A stretch of 40,924 nucleotides of DNA, taken from positions 71,403 to 112,326 of the forward strand of contig JBGUDT010000003.1 in NCBI GenBank assembly GCA_041821665.1. The letters are read 5' to 3'. The notes beneath the pieces are model-generated. The model was not told the origin of the DNA. It was given only the letters and a program-made list of their open reading frames with translations, and searched no databases. Positions 9,095-18,403 of the stretch are shown here, in pieces (position 1 is the stretch's first letter; each line of letters opens with the position of its first letter). The position numbers were made by a program, and so were the translations under genes. This DNA comes from Anaerolineales bacterium (GTDB taxonomy: Bacteria > Chloroflexota > Anaerolineae > Anaerolineales > E44-bin32).

Positions 9095-9910
9095 TTACAA
9101 AGTCCGGATTCGATCGATCAGCTTATTTACCAATGAAGTTTGTTCTTTTTTATCGACCGGTGGTAATTGCTGAGCTTGCGGCGGGAGGGGCATGCCCTTC
9201 GGGCGCACGATTTCAATCAAGCCAGCTTGCAGCAATCCATAAACGATACGGCGGATCTCGAGATCGTTCATCTTGTTCGTCTTCGCAATTTGGCGGATGG
9301 AATTTTTAGGGTTTATATACGAGACAACCTTCCATTCTTCAACCGTCATGTGGACATCTCGAATGTTTGCGCCAGGTCTCTCCACGAAATTCAGCGCCAT
9401 ATCAAGGTTGGGAATCTCTTCCTTGAGCAGCTCCCATTCCTCCATAGAACGGGAACCCTCCATGATGATGTTCTCGAGATCCAATCGGATCGTGATAGCG
9501 TCATCGGGAGGGAGCACATTCGCATCGAAGCGGAAAAGCCCTTCAACCCAGGTGAACAACAAATAGACAATGTCAAGGACATATTGACGAATGTTCGTAA
9601 GGATGTCTTGCTGGTTGAGGTAGCCGGCGTTAATTAGCATCAATCCGAGTTCTTTATCAGTCTTACCCTGCCCGTGTGTTCGGATGATCTCTGCTTGTTT
9701 GGGCGTAATTTTCCCTGCCCGGGTCAGTATTCCAGTGAGTGAGCCGTCTTCGCTTCCCATCTGCGCATAGATGAGTTTTCCCTCGCTGAATGAGACCCAT
9801 GCAACAGCATCCGGACCTTCAAGTGTGAGTGTGCCGGTTTTGTGGGCCAGATTTATTAGATTCAAGAGCTGCGTGACACTGAAATCACGCAGGTTGCCTT
9901 TTAGTGCCAT
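9095..9910 (-). CDS. DUF4388 (PATAN-like) domain protein with C-terminal winged helix
   Basis: MALKGNLRDFSVTQLLNLI..KTGTL, LFTW.EG.FRF; C-terminal SIRQIA...IVYGLLQAGLIE. Confidence 0.85.
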   Translation of the reverse strand: MALKGNLRDFSVTQLLNLINLAHKTGTLTLEGPDAVAWVSFSEGKLIYAQMGSEDGSLTGILTRAGKITPKQAEIIRTHGQGKTDKELGLMLINAGYLNQQDILTNIRQYVLDIVYLLFTWVEGLFRFDANVLPPDDAITIRLDLENIIMEGSRSMEEWELLKEEIPNLDMALNFVERPGANIRDVHMTVEEWKVVSYINPKNSIRQIAKTNKMNDLEIRRIVYGLLQAGLIEIVRPKGMPLPPQAQQLPPVDKKEQTSLVNKLIDRIRTL

Positions 9911-10033
9911 ATAGGCCTTTTAGAAAACGAGCCGTGTGTGTTTTCCAACGACCTCAAGCTCGAGAGTGGAACCCCCAAGAGTTCCAACCAGATTGGGAAC
10001 GTCAGATAAATCCCCGCATAAGTGGGTCGCGGG

Positions 10034-10062
10034 ATTATACCGTCTGGGTAGGTCCAATGCAA
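10034..10062 (-). promoter_or_regulatory. Sigma70 promoter of the DUF4388/GTPase pair
   Basis: TTGCAT-N17-TATAAT. Confidence 0.6.
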
Positions 10063-10171
10063 ACCACCCCTTATTCCTAGTATGGGTTTGATTGACGCCA
10101 GGCCCAATGGGGACGAAATCCTACTATCCGCTGTAATTCCTTAAAAGAAAGGGTTTATGCGGGGCGTGCGG

Positions 10172-10711
10172 TTACGCTTTCCAGAAGCCCCGGTGAATTG
10201 GGCGAATATCTTCAACCGTAATAAATGCGGATGGATCGATCTTATCTACTTCAGTACGAACTCGAGCGATGTCCCGCCTCATGACGCTGCAGTTGATTAC
10301 CGAGACCGTGCCGTCTCGGCCACGAGCCGGCAGCTCTGTGGCCGCATAGCCTGCGGCTCGAAGGGATTCAGCGATCTCGTCTCCCAGATGGGAGCTGATA
10401 ATGCGTACATCGGCATGTCCGATGGCTAAGCGCTCCTCTATTTTAATCCCAACAACATTCCCGGTGGCGAATCCGGCAGCATAGGCGATCACGTTCCAGA
10501 TGTTATCCAGATTGGAGAGCACAATCGTGATGGCCACGACAAAGAGCAGTGATGTAATAAATCCAAATAGCCATGCTTCACGATTCCTCCCACGGACAGT
10601 ATATAAGACCCTGAGCGTATCCAGGGCCATATTCGTGACCCGAAGAAGGAAAATCGTGATTGGCATGAGTGCGGGATAGATTGCGAACAGATCGAATATT
10701 TGTGTTTCCAT
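10172..10711 (-). CDS. UPF0316 / DUF2179-DUF5698 membrane protein
   Basis: Three TM helices with YA.GFA.GN.VG; C-terminal G.GRDG...IDP.AFI PII-like domain. Confidence 0.85.
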   Translation of the reverse strand: METQIFDLFAIYPALMPITIFLLRVTNMALDTLRVLYTVRGRNREAWLFGFITSLLFVVAITIVLSNLDNIWNVIAYAAGFATGNVVGIKIEERLAIGHADVRIISSHLGDEIAESLRAAGYAATELPARGRDGTVSVINCSVMRRDIARVRTEVDKIDPSAFITVEDIRPIHRGFWKA

Positions 10712-12877
10712 CTAATCACCTTTTGGGGGGAGCGCAGGCATGTACATCTCCGTTACGTATTCCTTCACCATCCTCGTCATGCTGAACGAGGGTGCCAGCG
10801 TCCTAATGGTTTCTTTCATCCATCCAAGCCATTCTGCAGGCATGTCATCTGCGGAGCGATCGTAGTAAAGGGGGATGATTTCGTTTTCGAGTGTGGTATA
10901 AAGACTCTCCGCATCTGCATTGTCTTGCTCTTCCTCATTCTCATAGGTGCGGTCCTCGCCGATCGACCAGCCGTTCATTCCATTGAAGCCTTCTCGCCAC
11001 CATCCATCCAGCACAGAAAAATTCAAGACACCGTTGAGCGCTGCCTTCTGCCCCGATGTCCCTGAGGCTTCATTCGGACGCCGGGGCGTATTCAACCAGA
11101 CATCTACGCCTTGGAGCAGGTAGTGTGCGACGTTCATATCGTAGTCCTCGAGAAAAACTAATCTCCCGGCATTCTCGGAATTCTTCACGAATCGATAAAT
11201 CTCTTGGATCAGCTGTTTTCCGGGTTCATCGGCGGGATGAGCTTTCCCTGCGAAGATAATCTGCACCGGTCGATCCGGTCGACTGATGATGTTCAACAAT
11301 CGCTCCGGATCCTTGAAAATCAAATTTGCCCGCTTGTACGTCGCAAACCGGCGCGCAAACCCAATAGTGAGCGCATATGGATCCAGGAGCACGCCACTTG
11401 CGATGACCTGGACTGGATGAATATCGCCGGACTGCCACTGAAGTCTCGCTCGCTCACGCACATAGGCAACGAGTTTGCGTTTGAGATGCCTGCGAACTTC
11501 CCACAGCTCTTCATCCGGGATATCCTCCACGACTTCCCAGATTTCCGGATCATCCAGGTGCGCCATCCACTCTTCAGGGAAGTATTGCAGGAAGAGATGC
11601 TTCATTCGCCGTGCGAGCCAGGTAGGCGAATGGATGCCATTGGTCACATGACCAATGGGGACATCTTCCTCGCTCAGATTCGGCCAGAGGACCCCCCACA
11701 TTTTACGGGCGACTTCTCCATGAAGTTCCGAGACCCCATTGCGATAACGGGCCATCTTCATAGCAAGCGTGGACATGCTGAATGTTTCACCCCACGGATT
11801 ATTCTGTATTGCCAGTTGGATAAAAGATTCGCGGTCCAGGCCAAGTTGGGACCAATAACCGCTAAAGTACTTGTCCATCATCCATATTGGAAACTCATCG
11901 TGTCCAGCGGGTACGGGCGTGTGCGTGGTAAAAACCGTGGATGCTTTGATCTTGTCTTGCGCGTCCTCGAAGCTCATCCCCCCGGTGACGAGCTCACAAA
12001 TCCTCTCCAGCGTGAGGAATGCTGAATGGCCTTCATTCAGATGCCAGACCGCCGGATTGTAACCAAGCTCACGAAGTGCTCGAACACCGCCGATACCGAG
12101 AATAATCTCCTGGGATAGCCGCAGTTCAAGATCGCTTGTGTACAAACGAGCTGTCAGATTTCTATCCGCATTCTGGTTTTGATCTACGTTGCTATCCAAA
12201 AGGTAGAGGGGCACCCTGCCGACCTGTACGCGCCAGATACGAGCTTCGACCTGGCGCCCCGGGAGGTCTACAGTAACCGATAGGGGTTGATGGGACTGAT
12301 CAAGAACAGGCACCACGGGAAGATCTCCAAAGGAGAGGGGTTCATATAAGGCTTCCTGCCAGCCATTCTCCGAAATACGTTGCTTGAAATAACCTTGAGT
12401 GTAGAGAAAACCCACCGCAACAAGCGGGATATCCAGATCGCTGGCTTCCTTAAGATGGTCTCCCGAAAGGATGCCTAGTCCACCGGCATAAATTGGGAGT
12501 GTCTCATGGAGTCCAAATTCTGTTGAGAAGTACGCAATGGGTTGATTTAATCGATCCGGGTACTGAGTTGGGTACCACGAGTCCTTGACCTCGCTCATAT
12601 AACTATCGAAGGAATCGATCACATCATCATAGAATTCCAGGTAATACCGATCACGGGTAGCTTCTTTTAGACATGCCTCGTCAATAGTGCGCAGAAATTT
12701 AACTGGATTATGGGAGGTTGCCTCCCAGAGAATCGGATCGAGACGCTGGAAAACGTGGCTCGCGTCGCTGTTCCATGTCCACCACAGATTGTAAGCTAGG
12801 TTGGCGAGATGGCGCAGTCGATGGGGGAGTTTGAAATCATTCGGGGGAGCGTCAGGTTGTCTTCGTGATGCATTCAA
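10712..12877 (-). CDS. glgP: Alpha-glucan (glycogen) phosphorylase
   Basis: YAGGLGILSGD, LNEGH, FTTHTPVPAGHD, GFARRFATYKR, PLP-Lys motif EASGTSGQK. Confidence 0.95.
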   Translation of the reverse strand: MNASRRQPDAPPNDFKLPHRLRHLANLAYNLWWTWNSDASHVFQRLDPILWEATSHNPVKFLRTIDEACLKEATRDRYYLEFYDDVIDSFDSYMSEVKDSWYPTQYPDRLNQPIAYFSTEFGLHETLPIYAGGLGILSGDHLKEASDLDIPLVAVGFLYTQGYFKQRISENGWQEALYEPLSFGDLPVVPVLDQSHQPLSVTVDLPGRQVEARIWRVQVGRVPLYLLDSNVDQNQNADRNLTARLYTSDLELRLSQEIILGIGGVRALRELGYNPAVWHLNEGHSAFLTLERICELVTGGMSFEDAQDKIKASTVFTTHTPVPAGHDEFPIWMMDKYFSGYWSQLGLDRESFIQLAIQNNPWGETFSMSTLAMKMARYRNGVSELHGEVARKMWGVLWPNLSEEDVPIGHVTNGIHSPTWLARRMKHLFLQYFPEEWMAHLDDPEIWEVVEDIPDEELWEVRRHLKRKLVAYVRERARLQWQSGDIHPVQVIASGVLLDPYALTIGFARRFATYKRANLIFKDPERLLNIISRPDRPVQIIFAGKAHPADEPGKQLIQEIYRFVKNSENAGRLVFLEDYDMNVAHYLLQGVDVWLNTPRRPNEASGTSGQKAALNGVLNFSVLDGWWREGFNGMNGWSIGEDRTYENEEEQDNADAESLYTTLENEIIPLYYDRSADDMPAEWLGWMKETIRTLAPSFSMTRMVKEYVTEMYMPALPPKGD

Positions 12878-12916
12878 GTTCGTCTACCTGTCTTCGCATA
12901 TTATGGAAGCGGCGCA

Positions 12917-12925
12917 ATCATACCA
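12917..12925 (-). promoter_or_regulatory. Extended -10 promoter of glgP
   Basis: TG-G-TATGAT about 40 nt upstream of the start. Confidence 0.45.
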
Positions 12926-13190
12926 TGTGGCTGAGGGGACGTCTATTCACCGCGTTAATAGAGGAAGAATGGGTTCTTCAAGGATCGCATCCATGGCTCC
13001 CCAAGAAGCGTAAGGCACCCACAAATCAGGTTCTCCTTCTTTACAGCCGGCGGAAGGAGGTGGGGTTCGATCTATCTGGCATCTTGTAAACGTTCCCGAG
13101 AGATCATGGCTCAACATTACCACACCCACGAAGTCGGCATCTCGCGGAAGTCTTCCTGTTGAGGGGGTCTTTTTATTCGTGTAGGAAGCT

Positions 13191-14072
13191 TTAATCTGTG
13201 ACGTCTTTGAAGAGGTCACGTTCCCGCAATCCATCTGGCGCAGGGGGATAAGCACGCATGAAATTCTCCTTGCTTCCGATAATCCGTTCGATGGCCCGCA
13301 AAAAAGAATTTGTGCCTGGATCCTGTTGGCTGTGGTGACAAGCAGATGCAGCTTCTTTAATATCCGCCACAGGTCGGTAATCGATCCTCGCGTGCACGGG
13401 GAAATCTTCCTTAGTTATCGCGAGCAAATCGATGTCGTTGTTCCGACCAAAGCTTGTAGGATCCTGTCCAAGAAGCGGTAGAAGTCGGACAGCAAATTTC
13501 ATCAGCCGACGTGGAAATGTATGGTAATAAAGTTTCTGGGCCTGGTGAGGCGCGAGGTTCTCGAAATTTGAATTCTCAGAACTGGCGTTGTTGAACGCTA
13601 ATAAGGTAGCACGCTGAATTGCGATGTGGTCAGGATGGTGATAGCCGCCGATGGGATCAAATGTGATAATGACATGAGGTTTGATTGACCGAATATACTC
13701 TTCGACTTTTTCCGCGACTTCCTCGACTGGTGCTGCGCACAGGGCATTGGGGTGTTGATTGTCCAATGAACCTGGCATGCCTGAATCGCGATAGCCCAGG
13801 AAGATGACCTCTTTGAGCCCCAGTATCTCCGCGGCGCAGCGCAATTCATGCTCGCGCAGGGCGGCGATATTGTCCACCTTCCCTTCCATTTCCGCGGGCA
13901 AGCTCCCGACTTCACCTCGGGTTGCGCAAATCAACGTGACCTCGGCACCGCGCTGTGCATACAGCGCAAGCGTGCCCCCCGGGCCAAAGCTCTCATCATC
14001 AGGATGTGCAAGTGCGACGAGTAAACGTTTTTGAGAACTCAAGTTCGTCGTTGAAGCGTTAGCTGACATCAT
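13191..14072 (-). CDS. PIG-L family deacetylase (MshB/Mca-like)
   Basis: AHPDDE, TRGE.G, R..EL..AA..LG, YRDSGM, HPDH. Confidence 0.9.
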   Translation of the reverse strand: MMSANASTTNLSSQKRLLVALAHPDDESFGPGGTLALYAQRGAEVTLICATRGEVGSLPAEMEGKVDNIAALREHELRCAAEILGLKEVIFLGYRDSGMPGSLDNQHPNALCAAPVEEVAEKVEEYIRSIKPHVIITFDPIGGYHHPDHIAIQRATLLAFNNASSENSNFENLAPHQAQKLYYHTFPRRLMKFAVRLLPLLGQDPTSFGRNNDIDLLAITKEDFPVHARIDYRPVADIKEAASACHHSQQDPGTNSFLRAIERIIGSKENFMRAYPPAPDGLRERDLFKDVTD

Positions 14073-14096
14073 AGGGACAATCTTACTACAACTACA

Positions 14097-14513
14097 TCAG
14101 TCTCCTACAATTTGGACCACGAGTGATCTGGAGCGCGCACGGACGTCAAAATCGATGAAGAGAATCTGCTGCCAGGTACCCAATGTGAGTTGTCCCTCTT
14201 GAATGGGGATGGAAAGGGATGGTCCCAGTAGTGCAGCACGAAGGTGCGAGTGCCCATTACCGTCTCCCCAACGCAGATTGTGTTCATATTCCTGATCCAC
14301 AGGTGCGATCTCATCTAATACTCGACGAAGATCTGCAAGCGCGCCAGATTCAAATTCGATGGTCGTGAGCCCACTCGTCGCTGAGGGAGTAAATACAGTC
14401 GCAACACCTGCTTGGATCCGTCCTTCATCCACGATGGCCTGCACCCTTTCAGTCAGGTCATGCGTATCGGCGTGACCCTTAGTCTGAAGATCGATACTGC
14501 CGCTATGAATCAT
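14097..14513 (-). CDS. yjbQ: YjbQ family (secondary thiamine-phosphate synthase)
   Basis: Start moved to MIHSG (RBS AGGAG); HNLRWGDGNGHSH, LGTWQQI..DFD. Confidence 0.9.
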   Translation of the reverse strand: MIHSGSIDLQTKGHADTHDLTERVQAIVDEGRIQAGVATVFTPSATSGLTTIEFESGALADLRRVLDEIAPVDQEYEHNLRWGDGNGHSHLRAALLGPSLSIPIQEGQLTLGTWQQILFIDFDVRARSRSLVVQIVGD

Positions 14514-14583
14514 GATCACTCCTATGGGTTTCGGCATTTTTAAACAGATTTTGAACCACGCCGGCTATGTTATGCGCTGGGAC

Positions 14584-15759
14584 CTAGTCTTGTTGATCGG
14601 AAGATGACGCTTCTTCCTCAAATAGAGGGAGTTGGTTGATGTCTAACTGGGAGCGAATCTGCGCCTTCCCGCTGGTTTTTGCACTGTATTGTGCTTGATC
14701 GGCACGTGCGAGTAAATCATCGATGGTCTCATCTTCCTCACGCATTTGGGCAACGCCTGCGCAGAAAGTGAGCGGGGGGACCGAAGTACCCAAGCTGGCG
14801 CCGTACGCTCCGAGTGCTTTCCGCAGCTTGTTTGCCACACCGACCGCATCCTTAATCGTCGTTTCGGGCAGTAGCACGGCAAACTCATCGCCACCGATCC
14901 GAGCGAGTAGATCGGTTGAGCGCAGGACGGCTCTTATTGCCATGGACAAGCTTCGTAAGATCTCATCTCCGAAAAGATGACCAAAGCGATCGTTGATCGC
15001 TTTGAAGCCATCCAGGTCAATATAGAGCAACGCCAGTGGACGGCGATATCGTTTGGCGCGAGCGAATTCCCGTTCGAGCTGTTCGATCAAATATCTGCGG
15101 TTGGCCAAAGCGGTCAGTGGATCTGTATGGGCGAGCAGCGTAAGCTGCTCTGTGTGAGAGCGCAACCTTTGAATCGTCCGCTCAATATGCCTAGAAAGAC
15201 TGACGAGCAGCATTGCCAACGCTTGCTGAATCACGATCTGGATGGATAGAAAAGTTAAGCCTGCGGAGCTTGTATAAAGATAGGCTGGCTCCATCTCTAG
15301 ACCCCTCAGACGGAGCCATGCGAAAACCACTGTCAACGAGGCGAGTGAGGAAAAGACGATGGGGGAATAGCCTCCAGTAATCGCCCCCACCACGAGAATA
15401 GGGGCCAACAGGATTCCGCTGAGGAGGTAAAGATCCGCAGGAAAAAGCATGATGCGAAAGAATGAAAACAGGAACAGCGCGAATGCCAGTGTGTATCCCG
15501 CCGCGCCAATATTCCCCCTTTTAATCATTCGTAAGGCTAATGCACTGCTGAAAGCTAGAAAGAGAATGGAGAGAAACTCAAACCAAAGATCTTCGAACCT
15601 GATGAGTTCTGACCTCCACAACTGCATCAGATCGACGATGAGCCAGACGCATAATGCTGTGAAGGTCGCAAAGATCGCGAGTTGACCGATACGCGCCCTG
15701 AAAGGACGAAGTTCAGGGTCCATGGAAGGAAACGAACCGGCGCGTAGTCGGTTAATCAC
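14584..15759 (-). CDS. Membrane-bound diguanylate cyclase
   Basis: About 6 TM helices; DPLTALANRR, DLDGFKAINDRFGH, intact GGDEF, I-site RSTD. Start uncertain (GTG 15759 or ATG 15723). Confidence 0.92.
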   Translation of the reverse strand: MINRLRAGSFPSMDPELRPFRARIGQLAIFATFTALCVWLIVDLMQLWRSELIRFEDLWFEFLSILFLAFSSALALRMIKRGNIGAAGYTLAFALFLFSFFRIMLFPADLYLLSGILLAPILVVGAITGGYSPIVFSSLASLTVVFAWLRLRGLEMEPAYLYTSSAGLTFLSIQIVIQQALAMLLVSLSRHIERTIQRLRSHTEQLTLLAHTDPLTALANRRYLIEQLEREFARAKRYRRPLALLYIDLDGFKAINDRFGHLFGDEILRSLSMAIRAVLRSTDLLARIGGDEFAVLLPETTIKDAVGVANKLRKALGAYGASLGTSVPPLTFCAGVAQMREEDETIDDLLARADQAQYSAKTSGKAQIRSQLDINQLPLFEEEASSSDQQD

Positions 15760-15786
15760 GAGGGTTAGCCAGGTGGTTTTTCCTAA

Positions 15787-16575
15787 TTAAATGTCGTCGG
15801 TTGGAACTGTTACTCCGAGGATATTGTAACCCGAGTCTACGTAGAGCACCTCGCCGGTGACATTCTTAGCGTAATCAGATGACAGCCACAAAGCTGCGCC
15901 GCCGACATCTTCACTGGTCACATTCGAGCGCAGCGGATTTACATTGGCGAATTCCCGGTGAAGTTTCTTGAATCCGCTTACACCAGCGGCAGAGAGTGTA
16001 CGTATGGGTCCAGGAGAAATCGCATTCACTCGAATCCCTCTCGGACCAAGGTCCACAGCCAGATATCGAGTCGTATTTTCTAGAGCCGCCTTCGCAATGG
16101 CCATGACGTTGTAGTTAGGGAAAACCTTTACGCTCGCATGGTAGGAGAGTGTGAGCATGCTGCCGCCATTGGGCATGAATGGAATGGATGCGCGGGCGAT
16201 GGCGATGAACGAGTAAACGCTGATATCCATGGCGACGCGGAAGCCTTCACGGCTCGTCATATGAAAGTCGCCCATAAGCTCATCCCGATCTGCAAACGCA
16301 ACTGCGTGAACGAGAATGTCGTAGGGACCCAGGTCGCTATCCACTTTTTTAAACAGATGCTCAATTTCATCATCGCTGGACAGATCACATTTTTCGACAA
16401 AATCTGAACCCACCGATTCCGCCAGTGGACGAACACGCCTTTCTAGCGCATCTACAGCATATGAAAAAGCTAGTTTTGCCCCATGCTCGTGCATGGTTTT
16501 TGCGATGCCCCATCCTATTGAGTGATCATTTGCTACGCCAAATACCAGGGCAGTCTTGCCTTCGAGTAACTTCAT
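15787..16575 (-). CDS. fabI: Enoyl-ACP reductase FabI
   Basis: GVANDHSIGWGIA, YNVMAIAKAALE, NAISPGPIRTL. Confidence 0.95.
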   Translation of the reverse strand: MKLLEGKTALVFGVANDHSIGWGIAKTMHEHGAKLAFSYAVDALERRVRPLAESVGSDFVEKCDLSSDDEIEHLFKKVDSDLGPYDILVHAVAFADRDELMGDFHMTSREGFRVAMDISVYSFIAIARASIPFMPNGGSMLTLSYHASVKVFPNYNVMAIAKAALENTTRYLAVDLGPRGIRVNAISPGPIRTLSAAGVSGFKKLHREFANVNPLRSNVTSEDVGGAALWLSSDYAKNVTGEVLYVDSGYNILGVTVPTDDI

Positions 16576-17192
16576 TCTTCAAATCCCTCCTGTCGATTGA
16601 ATGATCCTGGAAGTACTTGAAATCTCCACGAGACGCTCTTCCAGGGTTCAGGTACATTGTTTAACCCCACACGTGCCCCTGTTGTTACGGCATTTTCCGG
16701 AATTTGTCCTGCTTCTTCGATGAAGAACTTCCCCCCTGAATCGCACATGTCTGTCCCATCCGCAGCATGGTTGATCCCGAAAGCCTGACACAATTTTGCC
16801 GGTCCATTCAAAAGTTGTGTTCTCTTTCTACTATTCCGCCGCTCCATCATGCGTGGGATTCCCTCTTCGGGGAGCAGGGCGCGAATTAATATGGCTGCGG
16901 GTTTGCCTTCCTCTTCCGTGACTACGTTCAACATCCAGTGCATACCATAGATAAAATAGACATAGGCATGTCCCGGCGGTCCCCACATCGTTTCGTTCCT
17001 GTCAGTTCGACCTGCGCGCGCATGACATGCAAGATCTTCTGTCCCGACATAGGCTTCCACTTCAATGATGGTCCCGCTTAGGCGTGTGTGATCTTCTTCT
17101 AGTTTGACCAACCGTTGACCCAGCAGCTCGCGAGCGACCGTCAGGGTTGCTCGTTGATAGAAATCTCGAGTCCTTCTTGTTGATTTCATCAT
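16572..17192 (-). CDS. mpg: DNA-3-methyladenine glycosylase (Mpg/AAG family)
   Basis: IIEVEAY, G.AYVY.IYGMH, AILIRA, GPAKLCQA; ATGA overlap with fabI. Confidence 0.92.
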   Translation of the reverse strand: MMKSTRRTRDFYQRATLTVARELLGQRLVKLEEDHTRLSGTIIEVEAYVGTEDLACHARAGRTDRNETMWGPPGHAYVYFIYGMHWMLNVVTEEEGKPAAILIRALLPEEGIPRMMERRNSRKRTQLLNGPAKLCQAFGINHAADGTDMCDSGGKFFIEEAGQIPENAVTTGARVGLNNVPEPWKSVSWRFQVLPGSFNRQEGFEE

Positions 17193-17284
17193 GATAATTC
17201 AAGCGAATAAGGTTGGTCTGCCTATTTGCCATAAGAGCGGTCGATTAAAGAAAAAGCGGATAGATGCAGGAACGATCCCGGATG

Positions 17285-18220
17285 CTAATCACCGTTGGTC
17301 TGGAAGCGACTGTCCTCCGCAGCCATTTGCGCAAGACCTTCCTCCAGTGAATATCGAGGTCTGTACCCCAATTTTGATGTGGCGATTTGAATATCGGCCC
17401 GCATGCGAGGAGCGCCTGAGTCCTGATCTTCTTTGAAGATTCGCTCTACATCCTTATCTACTATTTTAAGGATGGTTTTCGAGAGATCACGGATGCTGGT
17501 TTCCTCACCGCTGCCAATATTGATCACGGATCGGTCAACGGTAGGGGCTGTAGCCGAGGCAACCATGGCTTCAACGACATCGTCAAGATAGACGAAATCT
17601 CTCGTTTGATCCCCGCTGCCATGGATGACTATGGATCCGCCACGTGCGGCGTGTCTTAGAAAATGTGGAATCACAGGAGGATGCGCTACCGATAAAGGCT
17701 GACCGGGTCCATAGGCATTGAAGACCCTCAATGAGATCGTCTCTATGCCCCACAGCGAACCGATAGTTCTAACATAGTGCTCCGCAGCAAGCTTGGACAC
17801 CGCATAGGGAGATCCAGGATTGGGTGAGATATCTTCGCGCAGCGGTTGCTGGTCTTGATGGCCGTACACCGCACCAGAGGAGACAAATACAACCCTGCGA
17901 ACCCCTACATCACGCATGGCTTCCATCACACTGACAGTGCCTCCCACATTGATGATGTTGTATTCGCGCGGGTAAAGCACAGACTCGGGGACGGATACTT
18001 TTGCGGCAAGATGGTAGACACAATCGACATCTTGAAGGAGTGTCCATAACTTGGGTCGATCGGTGACGTCCCCTCGTGTGAAGAGTACGTCCGGACTCAA
18101 GCGGCCAGGGTCGCCGGCTGAAAGATCATCCAGACCACGGACTTGATGACCCTCTCGCGCCAGTCGATTGGAGAGAGCTGATCCTAGAAATCCTGCTGTT
18201 CCAGTGACAAGGAAATTCAT
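17285..18220 (-). CDS. NAD-dependent epimerase/dehydratase (extended SDR)
   Basis: Start moved to MNFLVTGTAGFLG; SSGAVYG, YAVSK, FNAYGP, QTRDFVY. Confidence 0.92.
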   Translation of the reverse strand: MNFLVTGTAGFLGSALSNRLAREGHQVRGLDDLSAGDPGRLSPDVLFTRGDVTDRPKLWTLLQDVDCVYHLAAKVSVPESVLYPREYNIINVGGTVSVMEAMRDVGVRRVVFVSSGAVYGHQDQQPLREDISPNPGSPYAVSKLAAEHYVRTIGSLWGIETISLRVFNAYGPGQPLSVAHPPVIPHFLRHAARGGSIVIHGSGDQTRDFVYLDDVVEAMVASATAPTVDRSVINIGSGEETSIRDLSKTILKIVDKDVERIFKEDQDSGAPRMRADIQIATSKLGYRPRYSLEEGLAQMAAEDSRFQTNGD

Positions 18221-18269
18221 TATAAGAAATGTCGGAGCGGTAAGATTTAACCGTCTGCCAGGGAACGAG

Positions 18270-18278
18270 ATTATAACA
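18270..18278 (-). promoter_or_regulatory. Extended -10 promoter of the epimerase
   Basis: TG-T-TATAAT 50 nt upstream of the ATG. Confidence 0.55.
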
Positions 18279-18369
18279 TAGGGAGTCCAAACATCTCCCC
18301 GTGGAGACCCTGCGGAATCCCTACGAAAAGGGCAGACGGGCAATGTTTTCTTCGTCGTAGTGACATCCA

Positions 18370-18397
18370 TTGACACTTTGCTTCCGACTGGTATGAT
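18370..18397 (+). promoter_or_regulatory. Sigma70 promoter, likely leaderless transcript
   Basis: TTGACA-N16-TATGAT with TG extension; ATG 6 nt after the -10; no SD. Confidence 0.65.
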
Positions 18398-18403
18398 GCC
18401 GCT

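Noticed and set aside
9911-10030. Riboswitch in the DUF4388 leader
   Set aside because: Only short hairpins (e.g. GGAACTC/GGGTTCC); no recognisable aptamer motif or terminator.
11204-12025. 273-aa + strand ORF, and similar long antisense ORFs elsewhere
   Set aside because: Antisense shadows of well-supported genes with no recognisable motifs.
12971-12998. Possible third copy of the 37-bp repeat (GGGTTCTTCA...GCATC)
   Set aside because: Only ~10 contiguous matching bases; could be chance.
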